Assembly: GCA_963820825.1 (NCBI GenBank)
Contig: CAWGBN010000009.1
Location: 160,001-224,000, forward strand
DNA: 64,000 bases
Reading direction: 5' to 3'
From: Vulcanimicrobiota bacterium
GTDB lineage: Bacteria; Vulcanimicrobiota; Vulcanimicrobiia; Vulcanimicrobiales; Vulcanimicrobiaceae
Part shown: one piece after another, positions 57,278-64,000 of the stretch
Layout: each line of letters begins with the position of its first letter
Position numbering within the stretch: the first letter of the stretch is position 1
Notes under the pieces: model-generated
What the model saw: only the letters and a program-made list of their open reading frames with translations
Told to the model about the DNA's origin: nothing
Database searches by the model: none
Made by a program: the position numbers and the translations under genes

Positions 57278-58275
57278 AGCGGTTCGCCGCCGCCGGCCTC
57301 GCCCTGCTCGTGCCTGCGGCCGGCGTGGCGAGTCTGCTCGTCGGCGGGACGCCGCTCACCATCGCGCAGATCGCCGGAGCACTTCTCCATCCGCACGGTA
57401 CCGGCGTCGTCGACGCGATCGTCTGGCAGCTTCGCCTGCCGCGCGTCTGCATCGCCGCGACGGTCGGCGCCTCGCTCGCGCTCTGTGGCGCGATGCTGCA
57501 AGGAATGCTGCGCAATCCGCTCGCCGATCCGTATCTCACGGGCGTGAGCGCGGCGGCGGCGGCGGCGATCGCGATCGCCGTGCTCGCCGGCGCGGCGATC
57601 GGGGCGCTGCCGATCATCGGATTTATCGCGGGACTCGGGGCGGCGCTGCTCGTTGCGGCGCTCGCGCGGCGCGGGAGCGGAATCGATCCCAATCGGCTCA
57701 TTCTCGCCGGCGTCTCGCTCTCGACGCTCTTTGCCGCGATCGTAACGCTCGCCGTCGTGCGCGCCGATTCGAGCGGTTACGCCGGAACGATCCTCGCATG
57801 GCTGGCCGGATCGATGGCCGGGCGCGGCTGGCACGATCTCGCGCTGGTGGCGCCGTACGCCGGATTCGGCGCGGTGTTGACCTTCGCATCGGCCCCGGCT
57901 TTGAATGCACTACGCATCGGCGATCTGCGTGCGCGCACCGTCGGCCTCGACGTCGAGCGCGCGCAGTGGATCGTTCTTGCAGCCTCCTCATTGCTCGCCG
58001 CCAGCAGCGTCGTGCTCGCGGGCTTGGTCGGCTTCATCGGCTTGATCGTGCCGCACGTCGCGCGGCGCATCGTCGGATCGGATGCCCGCGTGCTCCTGCC
58101 GGCCTGCATCGCGATCGGCGCGGCGCTCTGCATGCTCGCCGATGCGATCTGCCGGCGGATCGTCGCGCCCGCCGAGCTTCCGATCGGCGTGCTGCTCGCT
58201 TTCATCGGCGTGCCGGCATTTCTCTATCTCTACCTGCGCCCCGGAGCGAGCGCGGAACGAAGCGCGCGAACGTGA
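57274..58275 (+). CDS. btuC: Cobalamin ABC permease (FecCD family)
   Basis: LRLPR, RNPLADP, WLAGS, A..LG.DV, GFIGLIVPH, ELPIG. Confidence 0.85.
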   Translation: MKRFAAAGLALLVPAAGVASLLVGGTPLTIAQIAGALLHPHGTGVVDAIVWQLRLPRVCIAATVGASLALCGAMLQGMLRNPLADPYLTGVSAAAAAAIAIAVLAGAAIGALPIIGFIAGLGAALLVAALARRGSGIDPNRLILAGVSLSTLFAAIVTLAVVRADSSGYAGTILAWLAGSMAGRGWHDLALVAPYAGFGAVLTFASAPALNALRIGDLRARTVGLDVERAQWIVLAASSLLAASSVVLAGLVGFIGLIVPHVARRIVGSDARVLLPACIAIGAALCMLADAICRRIVAPAELPIGVLLAFIGVPAFLYLYLRPGASAERSART

Positions 58276-59048
58276 TCGAGCTGCGCGACGTTTTGCTGCG
58301 AATCGGCGGACGGCCGTGGCTGACGCACGTCGACGCGCGTATCGAGCCGGGAGAGTTCGTCGCAATCCTCGGCCCAAACGGCGTCGGAAAGACGACGCTG
58401 CTGCGCGCGATCGCCGGTCTCCACCCGATCGGCGCCGGAGCGATCCTGCTCGACGGACGGCCGATCGCCGAGATGGCTTCGCACGAGCGTGCCCGCCGCG
58501 TCGCGTTCGTCACCGGCGACGAGCTGCTGCTCGACGCGCTCAGCGTTCGCGACGTGGTCGCGATCGGGCGTTTTCCGCACCACCGCTGGTGGGAGTGGCA
58601 GACGCGCGGGAACGACGCAAGCGCCGTCGCGCAAGCACTCGAAGCGGTCGGAATGGAGCGCTTTGCGGATCGGCTCTTCTCGACGCTGAGCTCGGGCGAA
58701 CGGCAGCGCATTTGGATCGCGCTGGGGCTGGCGCAAGAGACGCCGATCCTGCTGCTCGACGAACCGACGAGCCATCTCGACGTTCGCGTCTCGCACGAGA
58801 TACTCGGATTGCTGCAACGTTTGGCTCGCTCGGGAAAGAGCGTCGTCTGCGCGCTGCACGATCTCAACGAAGCCGCTGCCTACGCCGATCGCCTCGGCCT
58901 GCTCGGCGACGGAACGCTGCTCGCACTCGACCGGCCGGAGAGACTGCTCGCCGAACCGCTGCTCGAGCGCGTCTACGGAGTCGCGATGGAGTCTATTCGC
59001 CTCGGGGACGGAGGGTTGCGCGTCTTCGCGCGCGCGGCGCGACGCTAG
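58272..59048 (+). CDS. btuD: Cobalamin ABC ATP-binding protein
   Basis: GPNGVGKT, LSSGERQR, LLLDEPTSHLD, LHDLN. Confidence 0.85.
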   Translation: MIELRDVLLRIGGRPWLTHVDARIEPGEFVAILGPNGVGKTTLLRAIAGLHPIGAGAILLDGRPIAEMASHERARRVAFVTGDELLLDALSVRDVVAIGRFPHHRWWEWQTRGNDASAVAQALEAVGMERFADRLFSTLSSGERQRIWIALGLAQETPILLLDEPTSHLDVRVSHEILGLLQRLARSGKSVVCALHDLNEAAAYADRLGLLGDGTLLALDRPERLLAEPLLERVYGVAMESIRLGDGGLRVFARAARR

Positions 59049-59434
59049 TGGTGGTCGCTCGGTAAAAAGCGAACGTCGGAACCGAGCACCCACCGCGTAG
59101 CCCCGCGCTGCGGACCGCTCGAGATCGTGATGCCTACGGCATCGTCGGGCGTCGCGAAGAGCGGCGATTCCACGTAACCGGCGACGCACGAGATCACGAT
59201 CGCGCGCGTACCGGGAGCGACCAAGACGGCATGCGGCAGCATCGCCTGCGCCTCGTCGAAGGAGGCCGCGTTATAGGCGCGCAGTCGCGCCCGCGAATCC
59301 CAGATCAGAACCGAGGGATCGTCGGCGGTGCTGTAGAGCACGACGTGATCTCCGTGATGGACTTTGCAGTCGGCCAAGGCGACCCCGGTCGTCGCCCCCC
59401 AGACGATCAGCAGCGCGATCCCGAGCCTACGCAT
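59045..59434 (-). CDS. Small secreted hypothetical protein
   Basis: Signal peptide MRRLGIALLIVWGATTGVALA; one Cys pair; overlaps the stop of the SpoIIE gene. Confidence 0.65.
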   Translation of the reverse strand: MRRLGIALLIVWGATTGVALADCKVHHGDHVVLYSTADDPSVLIWDSRARLRAYNAASFDEAQAMLPHAVLVAPGTRAIVISCVAGYVESPLFATPDDAVGITISSGPQRGATRWVLGSDVRFLPSDHH

Positions 59435-60793
59435 GGATCGGCTCCATGTCCATCATTCGAATCGCCAGTATCGCCAGGTCGTCGTGCACGCGGCTGCCGC
59501 CACGAGCGCGAACCTGCGCGACGAGCTCGTCGGCGAGCTGCTGCGCGTGAAGACCGCCGCGCTCGATCAACTCCATCGCGCCGCTGCCGTTGAGCGGCTT
59601 TCCGTCGCGATTGCGCACCTCGGTCAAACCGTCGGTCGCGAGCACGAGCGTGTCGCCGGGATTGAGGTCGATCGTCCGGGAGTAGAACGGTTCTTCCATC
59701 ACACCCAAGACGGGTCCGGTCACCGCGAGCTGCTCGACGTCCGAACGCCGGCGCAGATAGGCGCAGTCGTGCCCGGCGCTGCCGTACTCGAGCCGGAACG
59801 TCGTCGTGTCGAGCACGCCGACGAACATCGAAACGAAGAGATACGGATTGCCCACCGCCTTCGAGAAGGCGCTGTTGAACTCGGAGAGAATCGCGCCCGG
59901 TTCGCTCTGGCGCAGGGCGATCGCCCGAATCATGAACTTGATGAAAGCCGTGAGGACGGCGGCATCGACGCCTTTGCCGCTGACGTCGGCAATGAGCACC
60001 AGCGCGCGGTTCGCCGAGAGCCGAAAGACGTCGAAGACGTCCCCGCCAACCGCAAGATGGCTCGTCGCGGAGAGATAAGCGCTGCCCACTTCGCAGTGCG
60101 GCAAGGGTACCGACTCGCTGCGAAACGCCCGCTGTAAGATCTCGATGATCGTGCGCTCGTGCTCGAGCTCGCGGTTGAGGCGCGAGCGAAATACGTTGAA
60201 GAGGATCGCGAGTACGCCGAATACGAGCACCCAGAAGGCGCGCGTATAAGAGGAGCGGTCGAGCTGTAGCTGCGTACTGTGCACCAGCGAGGCATCGGTG
60301 CCGGCGAGCGCTTCCCGAATTGCCGCGGCCGTCCGCGTCTCGTAATCGGAGAAGAGTTTGTTGCGCTTGTCGAACTCGACGAGCCGCTGCGGGTTACGCA
60401 AGAGCGGACGCGCGATCTCGTCGCGCCAGCGCGATTGCAGGTAACCGTACGCGCCCAGAAGCTGCAAGGGGTCGGTGAGGTGTTCGTCGCTCAGGATGCG
60501 CTGAATCGTCGCCTCTTTGGCGTCGTACCCGCCGGCGGCTTGCCGGTATTGAGCGACGTAGAATGGATCCGCGTCAAGACGTAGCCGCGCAGCGAGTTCT
60601 CTTCGTCGATCTGCAACCGCAGCAGTTCCTCGAGATCGAGCTGAGCCTGCTCGAGCTGCGCCTCGCGAGCGAAGGTACTGGTGATCTGGGCGCGCGTCTC
60701 GAAGGTGCCTTCGACCGCGAAGCCGAGCGTCACGACCAGGAATGCCGTCAGCAGCAGCGTCGCGGTGAGATCTGCGAGCGGTTCGTTCTTCAC
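59427..60793 (-). CDS. Membrane PP2C/SpoIIE (RsbU-like) phosphatase with CHASE3-like sensor (frameshift near 60570)
   Basis: DEENSLRGY; VGGDVFD, IADVSGKG, SAGH, LATDGLTE, DDLAIL. Confidence 0.88.
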
Positions 60794-60837
60794 AAAGGCG
60801 TCATCGAGGCGCGGTCGAAGAACCGCAGGCTGTGCGA

Positions 60838-62198
60838 GTGGACCCCACGATTTTCAAATCCTACGACGTCCGCGGGGTTTATCCGTCCGAGCTCAGCGAC
60901 GACGTCGCCTACGCGATCGGACGCACCTTCATATCGCTGCTCGAATCGGAGCGGAGCGCCGGCAGCGCGCGTACGAACGTGGTCGTCGGCCGCGACATGC
61001 GCCCGTCGGGAGCGCAACTCTGCGACGCGTTCGCGCGCGGTGCCGCCGACGCCGGCGCGGACGTCGTCGATATCGGTATGGTATCCACCGACGCGCTCTA
61101 CTTCGCGGTCGGAAAGTTCGAGTTCGACGGTGGCGTCATGATCACGGCTTCGCATAACCCGGCCAATACAATGGAATGAAGTTCACCCGCTCGCAGGCCC
61201 AGGCAATCTCGCTCGACACCGGCCTGGCGACAATACGGGACCGGCTGCTTTCGGGAGAGCTGCCTCCCAAGAGCGCCGACCGGGGGACCATTACCCATCG
61301 TAACGTGCTCGACGATTTTGCGCAACACTGCCTCTCGTTCGTGGACCGCTCGAAGATCAAGCCCTTCCGGATCGCCGTCGATGCCGGGAATGGGATGGCG
61401 GGCGAGACGATACCGCACGTCTTCAAGAGCCTGCCGTGCGAGGTGATTCCGATCTACTTCGAGCTCGACGGCAGCTTCCCCAATCACCCGGCGAGTCCGA
61501 TCGAGCCGGAGAACATGATCGACTTGCAAGCCGAGGTGCGCAAGCACCAATGCGACCTCGGGGCGGCCTTCGACGGCGACGCCGACCGGATGTTCATCGT
61601 CGACGAGAAGGGCGGTCTCATCGACGGCAGCACGGTGACCGCGCTCGTCGCGCTCAACACGCTCAAAAAATACCCCGGCGCTAAGATTCTCTACAACCTC
61701 ATCTGCAGCCGGTCGGTTCCGGAGCTCATCCTCAAGGCCGGGGGCGTCCCGATTCGCTCGAGGGTCGGGCACTCGATCATCAAGGCCGTGATGCGCGAAG
61801 AGGACGTCGTTTTCGGTGGCGAGCACAGCGGTCATTTCTATTTTCGCGACAACTGGTATGCCGACTCCGGAATGATCGCACTCTTGCAGTGTCTTGAAGT
61901 TTTCAGCGAAGCGAAGAAACCGGTCAGCGAGGTGATCGCGCCGATCGATACTCGCTTCCGCTCCGGCGAGATCAACACTCACGTGAAGGACGCCGACGCC
62001 AAACTACGTGAAATCGAAGCGCACTATCCGGACGCTCAAATCGACCACCTCGACGGCGTAACGATCTCGTATCCGAACTGGTGGATGAACGTCCGTCCGT
62101 CCAATACCGAACCGCTGCTCCGCTTGAACGTCGAAGGCGACACGAAAGCGTTGATGGAGCAACATCGCGACGAAGCGCTGGCGCTGATTCGGAGCTGA
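60838..62198 (+). CDS. Phosphomannomutase/phosphoglucomutase (frameshift near 61165)
   Basis: FKSYDVRG, ITASHNP, FDGDADR, GGEHSGH, RPSNTEP. Confidence 0.93.
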
Positions 62199-62207
62199 CT
62201 GCAGAGA

Positions 62208-63350
62208 ATGTCGGCGACCTTACTCGGACCCGCCTTTATCGCCGTCGGCGACGGCACGTCCACCTTCGGACGCCTCGCCGTCGAGAACGGCCGGATCGCC
62301 GGCGTGCTCGCCGCCGACGGACCGACGGATTTTCCGCTTCCGGCGGGCAGCAGCATCGCACCCGGCCTCATCGATCTGCACACCAACGGCGCCGGCGAGT
62401 ACCTTTTCAATCGCGATCAAGGCAACGCCGTCGGCATCGCCGGCGCGAGCTATGCGGCCAACGGCGCAACCGGATTCGTCGCCAGCGTCATGACCGCGCC
62501 GTGGGAATCGATGCTGCACGCGGCTTCGCAGCTCGTCGAAGCGGCGAATCAACTCGAGGAGGAGCCGCCGGCGGGCGCGCGCTGTCTCGGTATCCATTTC
62601 GAGGGGCCGTTCTTGAACGCGAAATTCCGGCGAATCCACCGTCACGAGTGGCTGCTCACTGCGAGCGCCGCGCACGCGCAAGAGATGGTCGACGCCTGCA
62701 AAGGGGCTTGTCTGCTCGTTACGATGGCCCCCGAGATCGACGGCGCCGCCGATGCGCTGCGCGTCTTCTTAGAGAACGGCGTCGTCTGTTCGGCCGGACA
62801 TACCGGCGCGCGATACCGCGAGGGCATGCTCGCGATCGGGCTCGGTTTCCGCTCGCTCACGCACGCCTTCAACGGGATGCCGCCGCTCGACCATCGCGAC
62901 CCCTCGATCTTGGCCGCGTTCATTCAGGATCGCCGGACGCTCGTGCAGGTGATCTGTGACGGCTTTCACGTCTCGCCGGTAATGATCGACATCCTTCATC
63001 GAACGCTGGGCGATCGCGTCGTCTTGGTTACCGATAACATGCCGGCCGCCGATCCAGGTTATCACATCGAGGGCGGCGTGATGCGGGCCGAGGACGGAAC
63101 GATTGCCGGCAGCGCCCTGCGCATCGACGAAGCGCTGCGCAACTATATGTCGTACGCACAGATTCCCTTTGCGCAGGCAATCGTCGCCGCGACGTACGCG
63201 CCGGCTCGCCTGATCCACCACGATGGCGAGATGGGACGCATCGCACGAGGCGCGCGCGCCGATCTCTCGTTCTGGGATAAGGATTATCGGGTCGTCGGCA
63301 CGATGGTCGGCGGCCGCTTCGTCTACAACCAGATCGAAGTCGCCGCGTAG
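62208..63350 (+). CDS. nagA: N-acetylglucosamine-6-phosphate deacetylase
   Basis: PGLIDLHTNG, GIHFEGPF, TMAPE, GHT, THAFNGM, DGFHV, VTD, IAGS. Confidence 0.92.
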   Translation: MSATLLGPAFIAVGDGTSTFGRLAVENGRIAGVLAADGPTDFPLPAGSSIAPGLIDLHTNGAGEYLFNRDQGNAVGIAGASYAANGATGFVASVMTAPWESMLHAASQLVEAANQLEEEPPAGARCLGIHFEGPFLNAKFRRIHRHEWLLTASAAHAQEMVDACKGACLLVTMAPEIDGAADALRVFLENGVVCSAGHTGARYREGMLAIGLGFRSLTHAFNGMPPLDHRDPSILAAFIQDRRTLVQVICDGFHVSPVMIDILHRTLGDRVVLVTDNMPAADPGYHIEGGVMRAEDGTIAGSALRIDEALRNYMSYAQIPFAQAIVAATYAPARLIHHDGEMGRIARGARADLSFWDKDYRVVGTMVGGRFVYNQIEVAA

Positions 63351-63354
63351 CGCG

Positions 63355-64000
63355 TCAACCTAAGGATTCTGGAGCTGCGACCGGCGCGGAGGGCGCGGCC
63401 TCGCGCATTGCCGAGCGAAGCATCGTGACGGCAGCGTAGATCACGACGATCACGACGAGCCATCGAACCGCTGGAATCGGCAGGTGGTAGACCATGTGCG
63501 CGGCAATCCACACGCCGGGTATACCTCCGATCGTCAGTCCTAGAGCGGCAAGCATCGAGAATGCATTGAATCGGATGAATCGCAGGCTTGCGAACGGCAT
63601 GAGAAAGGCGCACGAACCCATCATAATCGGGAAGGCCGCGATCGGGTTCATGCCGAGCAAGCTCACCATGATCATGCACGGCGCGTAGAAGCCGATACCG
63701 ATCGTCATGAGCGCGCCCAGGCAAAGACTAACGAAAATACCGATCCACAGCCGCAACCCCGCGAGTCCCAGCGTATTTCCAGTCAGACCGAATTGGCTTC
63801 CCTTCAGATTCATCATGATAAAGAGCACTGCGGCCACTGCCAGCGCGGTGCCCATTCCGATCTGCACGTAACGCCGCGGCAGGCGGGAGACGAGACCGGC
63901 GCCTAACCACGCCCCGACGACCGCGGCCAGAATCAGCAGGATGAGCGTCCAGGGCTCGACCGCGATGATGCCGATGAAGATGGCGGCTTCCACGACCGTA
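63355..64000 (-). CDS. TauE/SafE-family membrane protein, 5' truncated by window edge
   Basis: Hydrophobic; GALMTIGIGFYAP...AFPIMMGSCAFL, GGIPGV. Confidence 0.7.
   Translation of the reverse strand, partial: TVVEAAIFIGIIAVEPWTLILLILAAVVGAWLGAGLVSRLPRRYVQIGMGTALAVAAVLFIMMNLKGSQFGLTGNTLGLAGLRLWIGIFVSLCLGALMTIGIGFYAPCMIMVSLLGMNPIAAFPIMMGSCAFLMPFASLRFIRFNAFSMLAALGLTIGGIPGVWIAAHMVYHLPIPAVRWLVVIVVIYAAVTMLRSAMREAAPSAPVAAPESLG

Noticed and set aside
1..64000. Many long alternative-frame and antisense ORFs (e.g. 3235-4086, 37970-40201, 45575-47236)
   Set aside because: They are Arg/Ala/Pro-rich shadows of real genes, expected in high-GC DNA, and carry no recognisable motifs
1..64000. tRNA, rRNA, CRISPR array, transposase or integrase
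   Set aside because: No cloverleaf, regularly spaced repeats or recombinase motifs seen; intergenic gaps are nearly all under 200 bp

Overview
GC-rich bacterial chromosomal window from a diderm organism. The gene content (expanded secreted beta-propeller lipoproteins, XRE/BTAD-STAND-TPR regulators, short S53 lipoproteases) resembles Ca. Eremiobacterota/Vulcanimicrobiota; this is an inference. In order, it holds: the tamB 3' part and an elongated Skp/OmpH-like gene; two tandem S53 protease-family lipoproteins plus a small secreted protein; an alkyltransferase-like gene; an MFS-acyltransferase fusion; kynA-kynU-MATE; an MgtE-N/CBS gene, a PucR regulator and a divergent glutamine-synthetase-like gene; an accessory block (two DUF1345, XRE-STAND, secreted proteins, DUF2252, patatin); an aromatic amino acid decarboxylase, aldo/keto reductase and ridA; a TPR protein; a complete nuoA-N operon with a perfect Rex box; an AfsR/SARP-like regulator followed by a promoter and a structured non-coding element; a Na+/H+ antiporter, cobU, K+ channel, trypsin-like protease and hflX; a cobalamin riboswitch-controlled btuBCD with divergent btuF; a SpoIIE phosphatase, phosphohexomutase, nagA and a partial TauE gene. 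About nine single-base frameshifts, including in nuoB and nuoD, look like long-read sequencing errors. I saw no tRNA, rRNA, CRISPR array or mobile element. The best leads are the protease/pseudoprotease/putative-inhibitor operon, the AfsR-like gene with a candidate downstream small RNA, the Rex box on nuoA, and repeated non-canonical start codons.
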